Part shown: piece after piece, positions 28,601 through 38,942 of the stretch
How positions within the stretch are numbered: position 1 is the first letter of the stretch
How the letters are laid out: every line of letters begins with the position of its first letter
DNA from: Lingula anatina
Lineage: Eukaryota > Animalia > Brachiopoda
Reading direction: 5' to 3'
NCBI GenBank assembly: GCA_051362555.1
Contig: CM120640.1
Span: forward strand, 16,988,001-17,052,000
Length of the DNA: 64,000 bases
The notes under the pieces: model-generated
Databases searched by the model: none
What the model saw: only the letters and a program-made list of their open reading frames with translations
What the model was told of the DNA's origin: nothing
Translations under genes and position numbers: made by a program

Positions 28601-29963
28601 ACCCCAAGTCAAACATGATTAAAACTGTCCTTCTTGTTGGGACCCACCTACCGTCCACACACCCTATCCCCCAGGGGTTGTCCACACAGTGACCAGGGCA
28701 GTTTGGGGACAGCGTCTTCTGACACGTTTGATCCTGTTTACAGAAACATCCACTTGTTGTGTCGCATACCCAGCCGAAGTATCCATCACCGGCATTACAA
28801 CATTGACTCTGATGTACTAAAATAAAGTATTTTAGCCTTTAGATGATTCTGATACAGTGTGTGTGTGTGTGTGTATGTGTGTAATAAGCTGTGGCTTTAT
28901 TCCTAAGGGTGACTTATCATACTGTCAATAAAGCCACCACTAGAGAGCACCCTCACGACATAATAGATCGATTTATTTTCATTCGCATCCTGATTCGATA
29001 ACACGAGTATGCCATTTATTTATCTCCAGCGTCCGTCGAGTTGAGAGATGCCAAGAATCATTCAGGTGCTAAATATAATTTCACTTATTTGACTTATAAT
29101 GACACTTTTCTCATAAAAATGTATCCTTGACATGAAAAAGAGGATACGCTTAACACAAGCGTACCGGGTATTTGCGGAATTCTTCTCATTTAGTTATTGC
29201 ATATGAATATCTACCGCCACACAAGCATTGCGATAAACGTTAACAAAATGCAACAGACTAAATACATTTTGGTTGTTAGCCTACATGAGATAAGTTTTGT
29301 TCAGACAACTTGTTTTCGGCACGGTGTCATAAAACAGTTTATATCTACGAGTAAACAGTCAATGGCCCACCATGATAAGATGCGGGACACTTAAGTGTTG
29401 CACTGACATTTGATATGCAGTCTTTGAACATTCGAAACCGAAAGAAATCGTAGTAAAACAGATGCTCTATATTTAGATTTGAAGTCATTTATTTATTTAT
29501 GGAAGACTAGGGCCAGTAAGCGAAATGTTTGCAACCCATAGCTGTCAATTCATTTCGGTTAGAACCCTTTCCCCTCTATCAGTGTCACAGCTTCGTTACT
29601 CTCTGTGTACATGGTCATTACTATTGTCATTATGCCATGTACGGTTGTGTGTTTAAGCATTCATGTCGTTACATTACTTAGACATAAAACAACAAATTTA
29701 AAAAAGAAATGATGGCATTCTAAAACCCATTATATCAATGATAAAGCTAATGCTCAGCTCAATATGGCGTTTAAACCAAAGTGAACGAAACACCTTGCGT
29801 CACACAAGTCCTGAATATTCAAAACTCTTGTAAAATTGAAATGATAGTTAAATGTACTAGTACATGTACATATGTCCGCTTAACACTTTAGGATTGGAAC
29901 TCATCGAAATTAAACTGATTTACCTGAAGAAATGATGATCCATACAACCAGGAAGTATTTCAT
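2337..29963 (-). CDS. Gene A: F-type lectin/EGF/FN3 receptor protein tyrosine phosphatase, intact, 33 coding exons, ~1552 aa
   Basis: Hand-spliced exons (minus): 29924-29963, 28652-28816, 21912-22115, 21375-21569, 20830-21045, 19620-19841, 14504-14806, 14264-14340, 13563-13794, 13016-13233, 12461-12530, 12190-12296, 11857-12025, 11571-11682, 11013-11277, 10766-10826, 10519-10606 (TM), 10154-10236, 9780-9940, 9526-9613, 9228-9304, 9000-9036, 8726-8823, 8254-8373, 7926-8083, 7433-7568, 6964-7113, 4483-4653, 4003-4137, 3386-3514, 2939-3096, 2646-2781, 2337-2414. Phases are compatible and the total is 4659 nt. Motifs: [58 protein letters not shown]; C-terminus FDTYANFQI*. Confidence 0.9.
3686..3730. 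repeat. (AT)n microsatellite (others at ~37511-37545, 55560-55601, 60406-60446)
   Basis: Direct reading. Confidence 0.9.
4682..5936. mobile_element. Non-autonomous TA-TSD (Tc1/mariner/pogo-type) DNA transposon
   Basis: TIR GGGGAGACCGGGGCT / AGCCCCGGTCTCCCC flanked by TA; subterminal GGGGC(A/T)AGTTGG motif repeats at ~5013-5055 and 5690-5750. Confidence 0.8.
6211..6832. mobile_element. Kolobok-like non-autonomous element
   Basis: TTAA TSD on both sides; AG..CT termini; TIR AGCAATAATAACTCTTC / AGTCATAATAACTCTTC. Confidence 0.75.
6964..9613 (-). CDS. Gene A PTP D1 domain exons (predicted catalytically active)
   Basis: WPDHGVP and PTIVHC|[14 protein letters not shown] across exons 7926-8083 and 7433-7568; Q-loop MIQTEEQY. 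Confidence 0.92.
10519..14806 (-). CDS. Gene A FN3 repeats, membrane-proximal domain with polybasic RRRRR site, and TM exon
   Basis: FN3 signatures ([17 protein letters not shown]; [32 protein letters not shown]; [17 protein letters not shown]). [19 protein letters not shown] motif typical of RPTP membrane-proximal domains. [28 protein letters not shown]. Confidence 0.88.
12576..12794. mobile_element. Harbinger-like MITE
   Basis: Inverted ends CCCCCTTTACAC / GTGTAAAGGGGG; absent from the orthologous short intron of gene C. Confidence 0.5.
15958..17027 (+). mobile_element. Kolobok-like element retaining the first coding exon
   Basis: TTAA flanks, imperfect AG..CT TIRs, subterminal motif shared with 6211-6832. 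ORF 16228-16473 is basic ([30 protein letters not shown]) and ends at a gtgagt donor. Confidence 0.65.
19620..22115 (-). CDS. Gene A exons 3-6: two tandem F-type lectin (fucolectin / FTP) domains
   Basis: [39 protein letters not shown] and [42 protein letters not shown], matching the fucolectin fold signature; each domain is split over two phase-1 exons. Confidence 0.9.
23275..23775. repeat. Degenerate ~91-bp tandem repeat (about 5 units)
   Basis: Recurrent CTGAC(G/A)ACGAGGC..GGAATATAGTC..GATGTTTATTACAAGTTCA..GGAGTAATAATTCTA. Confidence 0.75.
24845..25860 (-). pseudogene. Decayed Tc1/mariner transposase
   Basis: Frameshifted fragments [35 protein letters not shown] (cf. WPxxSPDLNPIExxW), [26 protein letters not shown] (cf. 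AVIAARGGHTRY). Confidence 0.75.
26030..26290. mobile_element. PIF/Harbinger-like MITE, copy 1
   Basis: TIR GGCCCAGTTTTATAAAGGACGTTTAGCACTAACCAGTG; flanks CTG/TTG; homologous to 40846-41108. Confidence 0.8.
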
Positions 29964-31312
29964 CGTTCAACATCTACAACGCCCAGTAAACACTCAGTAA
30001 AACACGTCCTGAGCTAACAGTTTGTCGTAAGGATATGAAGATAAGGTATGCGTACAGAGCCAAATGTTTTATCTTGGTGGCTGTTATCTTGGAAGTGTAA
30101 AGAGGGGGATCAATTTATTTGAAAGGTGACTTCAAGTCACAGTCATCTAACGTATGGTAATAGAAACGACTTGTATAAATCGGGGTGTTGTGTTTACTGA
30201 CGAAAACACGGCAATCACTGTGGGGTATTTACAACTCTTTGAACGGAAATGCATTGCGAACGAAAAGTTAAGATGTCTTCAATATATTCCACTAAAAAAA
30301 TCTTTGATGCCCTTCCCGGACACAATATCCGAGCATGTTAAGTAGGGAAAAGTTCGTGCAGAATTATGTGTCTACGTTTAGTAGAAACATACATAAAAAG
30401 AGATCTAGGCTACTTTTATACATAAACAACACACTCAAAGGGGATTTTGAATGAAAGAAAAAAATAAATTATTACGATAAAAGAGTTTAAAACATGTATC
30501 CGCCGTACAGTGTAATACATGTATTAACTGCATGAATGATCTTGTCGCCGCTTTCGTTACTTCCCTGACAAATGATTACTTTTGTTTAAAAATAGGGGGA
30601 AGTAGAAGCAGGCTGGTGGTTGCAATATTTATTATTATTATGAAAAAGTACATGAGGTGTTACATTCATGTACGAATATATGCTCAGTGAAATAAGACGA
30701 ATTAGCAAACAGATTTTAAAAGCAAATACTAGTATAACCTATTGTGGAAGGGTACTCGTTTTATCATACCCAAGGACAGTCCCTGCTATAGCGTGTGATA
30801 AGACGGGGGGGGGGGGGGGGGGGGGGCTGGTTGGCAATTTATGTTTATTATGAAAGGGCAAGGAAAATATTTTGATGTAAACATAAGCATGACGTACAAC
30901 TAGAAGTTAATAAATGGAGCCGATGAAATTACAAGCAAGTAAAGGGAAATGATATAGCGTTTTCAAAATTTATGTATAACGCAAATTGTCTTAATACAGG
31001 TAGAAAATATATACGTACATAAACACATGACAAAATCGTGTGCCGAGTTAGATTATTAACCAAATAGGGTGTTGTTGAATAATAATGTACCAAATAGACT
31101 TTATTGTTCTCTTAATCTTTAATCAAGTGTGTTTATCTATCAATAAAAATGTTTATATAATAAAATTTGTTATGCATCTTTGCTTTAAAGCTGTTTTTCG
31201 AACCTGAAAACTGGACATGACCTAGAATTTTGGTTTAGTATATTTTCATTGTTATACGTGTGTCAGATACTAACTAGACAAGGCCACATGTGATATGTAA
31301 TCTTTCTCACGT

Positions 31313-31921
31313 CACCCTGAGCTTCAGAGATAACTTGACACTAACCTCTTCACTATAGCCTATCTATATCGTGTCAAGTTACCTCTGACGAAAATAGTTT
31401 GACCTAGTTTATATAAGCCAATCGAATCCATGTTTCAAAATTTTTCACCAAAGTTTGGTGAAAACGCTGATTGGTTGACCGTCAATCGGCAATCCTCCGC
31501 TGATTCTGCAAGCTCCATACTAACAACATAGTTATTGTCGAGTGCGGAGACATCCGAGTAGTTCCGAGTGCATAACCGTAGCCTACACAAAGAAAGCATG
31601 GAGTATATCGGAATTGAAACCAGAGCAGTTTGATGCCCTGCATAATTATCTACTGAGGGATGATGTATTTTGCGTGCTGCCCACAGGTTACGGCAAGTCC
31701 CTGATATTCAGCCTTATCTTTGATTGGTCCGGATTTGAACAAAGCGCGCTTTGACTCGTTCGCGTTCATTGGCTAGATCGTTCAATGAGTCATTGAGTGC
31801 GGGCTTTAAATTTGATTGGCGGGCGGCGGAGGCAATCGAATGTGGTCAGAGGTAACTTGACACGATGAAGATAGGCTATAGTGAAGAGGTTAGTGTCAAG
31901 TTATCTCTGAAGCTCAGGGTG
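31313..31921 (+). mobile_element. Non-autonomous DNA transposon with ~75-bp TIRs carrying a RecQ-like helicase fragment (AcademH-like?)
   Basis: TIR CACCCTGAGCTTCAGAGATAACTTGACACTAACC...; 8-bp TSD TCTCACGT; internal ORF 31542-31754 LKPEQFDAL..DVFCVLPTGYGKSLIF (RecQ Q-motif and Walker A). Confidence 0.85.
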
Positions 31922-34094
31922 TCTCACGTTTGATCCGGTTTCTATCATGTTACCTATGCTACCTCAGGATAAGGGGTAAGAAAAGCAAAATTGTTTGTAA
32001 ATTAAAACTTTTGCTGACTCATTGCAGTATAATTTTTAGGATGATGAGTCGTATCGAATATTTGATATATAATTTTTATCCCTTAGGTCATAACATTTAT
32101 AACAGGCAACAATTGGTTACATTGTTAGTATAGTGGGGTTATATAATAAATGCGGCCTTGTTTGGCCAAATATCGAACAACCAATATTCTTTGTTCCCTT
32201 CTTTCTTGTTGTGAATGGAATTATGAAAGTTTGTGGTGCACTAGGAAAGAGGAGGAGACATAAAAAGGCATTCCGTCCGGTCGATTTTATTTTTTCTCCG
32301 CAAAACAATTAATTCCTGCCGTTTCTGATCAAAATAACCATATTTATGTAGTCAAATGTTCAAAAGCACAACGAAGCTCGGTTTTTGCTCAAAATTAAAT
32401 AAGAAATAAGTCCACATGACTGATATTGTCATTTATTTTAATGACGAAATGAAATTTGATACGAAGTTACAAGATGGGGGAAAGTTACTACATAAAATTA
32501 CATAAACTTATAAAACATACATTCCCCATATGATAGAGCAAAAAGTTGGCGAAGAGCAAACCAATGGCCTAACATTTGGTTATGTATATGTATGGGGATC
32601 TACACATTTCCCTAGACATCTACCCCTAAACGACGTCACATTCAAATTAAACGTATAACGAAACCTACATATATTCTAAAAGACTTGTTATTTATAGACT
32701 ATTACATATAATTATCAATACACAATTCTAAGCATATAATGGTTCAAATAAAAATGAGAAAAAGCGTACAAAAGCAAATTTATATATGTTCAAATAGCCC
32801 ATTTTCGTTGTGATTGGGAGATAAACCACTGCGCTAATTGTGTTAGGTGAACCTTCGTTGTGCAGGAATTGATCATTGTACAGAAATAAATTTTGAACGT
32901 TAGATATCGATCGTTTTTTAAAAGTATATTTACTGAGATTAATAATTGTTATATGCTAGCTTTTGGCGAGATTAAAAGTAAAGGAGACCTCTACGATTGA
33001 GTTTCAATACGCGTTAAGCCTAAGTCTATTCACCTATGCACAGCCTGAAATAATCCAGCGCATATAAATGGCATTACTTTGTAATGGGTATTAAAGAACT
33101 ATAAGCAGTTCTTTGAGTTTGAATAAGCTCATTTCTTTAATGAGCATGGGGGCGAATTATTTTCTAGTATGATATAGGAACGAAAGAACTTTATTTAGTG
33201 TCAAACCGCACTAAAGCGTAGTGCTGGTACATGCACATATATTAATTCTAAGGTATAGGCACCATTTATGAAAAAAGTATCCACTCCAGTTGAATTTATG
33301 TTTCGAAGCAATGGCAAAGAATGAAGCAGATCTCGGGTGCAATAAGATATAAACATTGGAAAAATTCGTCTCCAACACTGAATAACTGCGCATATATTTC
33401 AGGGCACCATGCAAGGTTACTACATGTAGTAGGCCCACATGTTCAAGGAGTGCGCAATGTTATATATGGAAGTTGGCGTAAGTGTCAAATCTCCTGGCGT
33501 ACTCCTCAACTGCAGCATAACAGAACCTGTATTGCTCCTGGAAAGAATGAATTGGTGATAAACATTTACGGTGAATGATACTGCACAGTAAAACTAACTC
33601 TACCCATCCACAGTTCGTTCATTTACAGCTACCACATAATTCTAAAATTATGACGAGCGAAAGATATACACATATGAAGATATTTCACAAGGATTCTATA
33701 GCAAAGTCAACCACATACCAAACTGTCTATGAACTTCGGTATGTTGATTCGCACGGCTTTGACTGTGTGAAACACGTCCACCTGTTGTTCCACTTTCATC
33801 TTCTCTAATATTCTGGACACGGCACAGAAAACGACATTCTGGTGGGCTCCGTTCCTAAAATAAAACTTTTCATTACTTTGAAAAATTAAATAATTTCGAA
33901 TTCAGATGGAAAAAGTGTAGGCCTACATTTATACACTTAAAAAGACACTTAAAAATACACTTAAAAAGAATGATGTTTTAAACAAACATTTTGACACATT
34001 TAGATATTAGATTCCATGTGCAACACAACGCAAACTTTATCAATACCGTAAAAGTGTGAAGTGAGAAAATAATGGCCAAGTACCGAAAATAGAA

Positions 34095-34330
34095 GGGACC
34101 ATTCCCACAGATATTTGGATCAATCTATCTCCCTGGGGAGTCTCAATAAATTGCTATCAAATTAACCGGTCACGCCTAGTAAAGCTGTTAGGGGGTAATT
34201 ATCTTTACCCCTAGATGATTTGGTAGGCGTGACAGACATTTAAGCCTCCTGAGCTGATAGCAATTTAACGTGAACCCCATGGGAGTTAGGTTGATCTGGA
34301 TGGATCGATCTAAGTATGGGAACCAAGTCT
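34095..34330. mobile_element. MITE-like repeat in the interval where gene B lacks a D2 exon
   Basis: Shares ggggagtctca..aagctgt.agggggtaatta..gcaattta.cgtgaacccc..gggagttagg..gatct with 42935-43163. Confidence 0.6.
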
Positions 34331-36332
34331 TATTTTCCAATACAAACCATGTGAGAAGATAGGTGCAGGTATAAAAAACAAGCAAGGAGCCGACTTAAAA
34401 GAAAAGATGAATAAACTAGCGTCTTAAAAAAACAGCATCACGACGTGATCCGAGATTTTCTAAATGAGTTTTAACTCATATATTGTATATTAAAATATAC
34501 AAAAATTTCACACACACGCGCGAGCGAAGAACCATTGTTGGTCGAAAGCAAAATTATTTGTATCTTATTTAAGTGAATGAAATGAACTGTAATTGACTAT
34601 TGATAAGCTATTTACCCGATTTCTACTTTTTAGCGTCAAATCCTTGACAGCACAAGAATTCCCAATATCGTGCGTAGATATCACTTCCACTGTGAAAGGC
34701 CCATAGGTCGTAGAACCAGATTTAGGCACGTACATTGCATCTGTCTAAAAAGATAAATACAGTAATAGTGGATAGAATGTGATATGTCATCTTGATAGAT
34801 AGTGTTCCAAACTAAAATATTAAAAAAAAACAATAAAAAACATCAATGTTGGTATATTTGCAATATCGCATCCTAACGAAACAGTCTCAGGGCAAATTCA
34901 GTGTACATTTTTATGAGTTATGTCATTATGATTATTTTCATTAATATATAATTATCCTACACATGTAACATAAAGACTTCACTTAAACAAGGCTTACTCT
35001 TGCCAATTCTGCTGCTTCATTCACCATGACTATTGTAGCAGAACTATGATCATACATTATTCTCCAGAAATCCACCACAGTATCAGATAAAGGCATCTGC
35101 GTCACGATGTAGGTATCAGCACGGCGGTAACCCTGGAAGAACCATTAAAATACCATAATGAATACTTGCAGATATACTCGATGCCTATAAGATATGCACA
35201 CGATTATACATGTAAATCACCGTGTTCAACGATTCTATCCTACCGTATATATTTCAAATATTGCAATGTTTTAATATCAGATTCAATACCTCGTTAAAAA
35301 CAGAATGAACTGGCTTACATCGATGAAGACAGCATTGATGTTGTCGGCACCGCATCCGTTTGCTGGGTTAATGTTCCTGACACGGTTTTTGTTTACATTG
35401 ACTGAATCCAATGCTGATTTGTTGGTGTCGTCAGATCCAACAAACATGTGTTGAAGAACCTTAAAACCAACAAAAACACATATAGATCTCAACGTGTAAA
35501 AGTACTAAATGCTGTAATCGAAAAAATAAAAATAATATGATAGCGTATTAATAAGACTGTTGTTTCATAAACTGACTTAGATTATAAACTTGGGTCCAGA
35601 TACACATCCTTTACCAGTTTTTATTCATCTTTAAATAGGTTTGATTTTTATTTTTTGGAGGAGGGGGTATATATGTAGTCCCAATACGTATTTTATTTAT
35701 ATCACCTATATTTTAGGCTACATATTAAATGTATTTAACCGTTTAATATTTTAACGTGTATCTAATAAATATTGATTGCGTGTTTGAAATACACTCACAG
35801 CAAACTCTCTCTCTAACTTTGATAGACCAGACTTCATGTCCACCTGTTTCAGTCTATGAAAATGCGGCTGCAATCTCTGCACCGGGTCTGCACCGGGTGT
35901 TCCCGCAGTACCGCTCCTCCAACATGGCATCGTGGATGAAGAAGTATTGCTCCTGCATTAAAAAATGCAATATCTTGTTATAATATCTGATGACCTTCAA
36001 CCAAGTTATCATAACAACAGACTAAATAAGGAATGAATTACATACAAATGTTTATATTTATAAACTATTCCTCATTGCAATATAGAATTTCTATAACATA
36101 CTGGTATAACAATATATATATAGCCATAACCCGCACTACTGCATGACCTTCGTTTGTATCATCATCGGACGTGAACCTCTCATCTGTTGAACAAGATTGA
36201 ATATGTTTATCTTCCCTTCAGCCTTGGCTTGGTCTAACAGGTAGTCCAGGGCGATGAAAGTCCCAGTCCTACCGACACCAGCACTATTGGAGAAATATTT
36301 CCATATCAATACCAGGACTCTTTTCACTCAAA

Positions 36333-36363
<31 letters not shown>

Positions 36364-37354
36364 AACATTTGCTGCACTAGCAAAACGCACCAGTCCACAC
36401 TAACCAATGGAATCTGTGCGCAAGTGTGTGTATGAGCTCCTCCCTGCACCAACCCATTGTCCAGTCCTAGCCCCCAGCGACTTAAAGCTCTTTTCCAACA
36501 CCCCCTCCACAGCAACCCATAACAGATAGTCCCACACGATAGAGAGTCTTGTTCCCATTAATTCGCACAGCTAAGTCACGCCCTAGTTTTTGACCCACTT
36601 ACGTCAGACTAACCCTAACCTGTATAATTAAATGGAGGGTGGACTCTGTTACACGGACCCTTAGTTTCTTCACAACGGTTGACTACAGTCTTTAGTTATC
36701 TTCAAATATGTACAAGTACCGGTATGTATCACACTAATACAGCAGATAGGTTAACTGGTTATTTGCCTTTATAAACATTCTAACTCATCCAAACCTGCTA
36801 TGAACAATGATGGGACCTCGACATTGCGCCGTTCTCTGATAACTTTTGACCTTATCTCGGAACTGCACCAAGCTGAGGCGTTTAGGGGCACTCCGTGGTC
36901 AGGCCAGCCGGTGAAATGGAATTGTTGCACTGTTCTGATGGAGGAATTGGACTGAAACAAATTATAGGTACAACTACTATCACTGACAAGAGTTTATCTT
37001 CGATATAGCTGGTCTACCTTCACATCACTAACGGTAACGGTATATTTTCCATATATTTTACGTATAGTTGGTCTACCGTCAACCTACCACGCATTACAAG
37101 AACCATATACCCTCGTATACTATATCTGCTAACCGTTTTAAATAACATATTGGTGGGAAAACGGTTGTTAAGAACCGCTTCACTTTGTTAATTTATTTAA
37201 CAAAGAATTTAACTCTCATCTGATGACTTAACCATAGATATATGCAGCGTTCGCACTGTAAAGTCTGGGTGAGTCTCTTCCTTCTTTAAAGTCACGGCTA
37301 TGAAGCCAAATTGTTTGCTGTCTTTGTCAGGCCAATAGTTAGCGCACTTTGCCT

Positions 37355-37416
37355 GATTATATTATATTATATTATATTATATTATATTATATTATATTAT
37401 ATTATATTATATTATA
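37355..37416. repeat. (ATTAT)n microsatellite abutting a gene B acceptor; a similar tract lies in the same intron of gene C (58640-58693)
   Basis: Direct reading. Confidence 0.85.
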
Positions 37417-37508
37417 ACCACGTCAAATATATACTGGTGTATAGCAACTAAAATATCACGGAAACCACTCTTATCCAGCAAAACAGAAAGTTTTATAATC
37501 GTTTATAC

Positions 37509-37548
<40 letters not shown>

Positions 37549-37765
37549 TTTCCCAAGCACCTTAGCATCCTCCGTCAAGTTGGTCAACATGACAATCAGA
37601 GGTGAATCTTACCAGACCATTCGCCAAAAATCCTCCAAATACTCCAAAACAAATATGTTAACATGCATGTATAAACAAGAACAGAAAAAGTGACTCCAAA
37701 GCCCATAAGTGTACTTACATCTATATAGTTAGCGTTGATGTAATCAGAATGGGGGTCATCAGGTA

Positions 37766-38081
37766 CAGGCCTACCCAACTACCAGACTCGGCACCGAATG
37801 ATCCAGAATTCACCGGTAGATCAGACCACACTACCCGTTTTCAAGGTGTGTATCAGATCGCATTACACAGTATCATACCCTGAACAAATTTTGAGTGGTG
37901 ATGCAATGCTTTTCAACCCCGCTGAGAATCGTCACTTTCACATCGCGTACTAGGCAAGAGCGGTGTCGCGTCTGATACTATGTACTGCGATCTGATACAC
38001 ACCTTGAAAACGGGTAGTGTGGTCCGATTTACCGGTGAATTCTGGATCATTCGGTGCCGAGTCTGGTAGTTGGGTAGGCTG
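37766..38081. mobile_element. MITE with ~110-bp TIRs inserted in gene B D1 exon
   Basis: TIR CAG(G)CCTACCCAACTACCAGACTCGGCACCGAATGATCCAGAATTCACCGGTA...; 5-bp TSD AGGTA. Removal restores [21 protein letters not shown]. Confidence 0.9.
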
Positions 38082-38942
38082 AGGTAGCAGACTGAGCGCA
38101 ACTCGGGAGTGGTCGTCTGTTATAAAAAATTAATATATAAGGTAGAACTACCATGAGACTGATAAAAGTGTATTGTTTTGTAAAATTGTAACAAAATGAA
38201 CGTAGTGCAAGTGAATGAAGGCATCAATCTCACTGGAGTTCAACTAGCCCTACTATAATGTAAACTGATATTTTGAATAGACGTACGCGTGGTGTATATA
38301 CAGTAGGCCTACCGGCATATTCGCAAATGTAAGACTAAAATACTCTCGCTTCGCTGCTAACTCAGAATAACTAGCGAATAATGTTCAAAATGCACTTGGA
38401 TTGACTTACATGGCATAATAGTTTCAAATCTATTCTTCGTGTGATTTTCCGACTTTTGGCCCGCGTTACATTTTGCAGTGAATACAGTGGGCAATTTCAA
38501 CAAAATGAAAGGAAATGGCCAAACCATAACTGTCACCTTGTCTATCCTCTACACGAACCCTCTTATTTTTCTTAAGTTCAGTTTGTAACACATAAACTTG
38601 CTTGAACGAAAGAAAGCACGCTCTTCAACCCTCATTATTTAACCTTAAAAGTTCATTTTTTTCTGTTAACGTATTGTGTCATGATACACTTAAAATGCAT
38701 TTTATAATAAGACCTGTTATTTAAATGCAGCTTTTCATCTTTCTCTCTTTTTCCTTCCGAGCAAGTAGGCCACACACTAGCCAGGGAATAAGAAATTGCC
38801 TCCATGGCTGAAAACTGCTTTAGGCTATATTGTCGAGTTGAATATGCTATGGACCTACAATACAATTCAAGTACAACACACCTCAAACTCCGCTTTCAGC
38901 GTTTCCCTGGTTTTCGTCTTCATAACTTTGAAGATGTCATCT

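Larger units (their letters stand above)
33460..38942 (-). pseudogene. Gene B decayed D1/D2 phosphatase exons
   Basis: Exon remnants ~38882-38942, 38410-38497 (acceptor AG>TG), 37719-38116 (split by MITE), ~37561-37636 (5' deleted, TAA at 37609-37611), 37233-37352, 36795-36951 (1-nt deletion, Cys>Ser), 36148-36283, 35799-35952 (+4 frameshift), 35319-35459 (30-nt deletion), 34998-35132, 34616-34744, 33719-33854, 33460-33537. The 37-nt D1 exon and the 158-nt D2 exon were not found. Confidence 0.88.

Noticed and set aside
2337-29963. Assigning a vertebrate symbol (PTPRA/E/K/M/T)
   Set aside because: The PTP domains and YANF tail are similar, but the lectin/EGF ectodomain and local expansion preclude one-to-one orthology without a phylogeny.
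31542-31754. Host RecQ helicase gene
   Set aside because: Only motif I, followed by a stop, and enclosed by TIRs and a TSD; treated as transposon cargo.
36330-36690. GC-richer insert next to an (AAAT)n tract, possible non-LTR retrotransposon 3' end
   Set aside because: No recognisable RT or endonuclease motif or TSD; cannot support a call.
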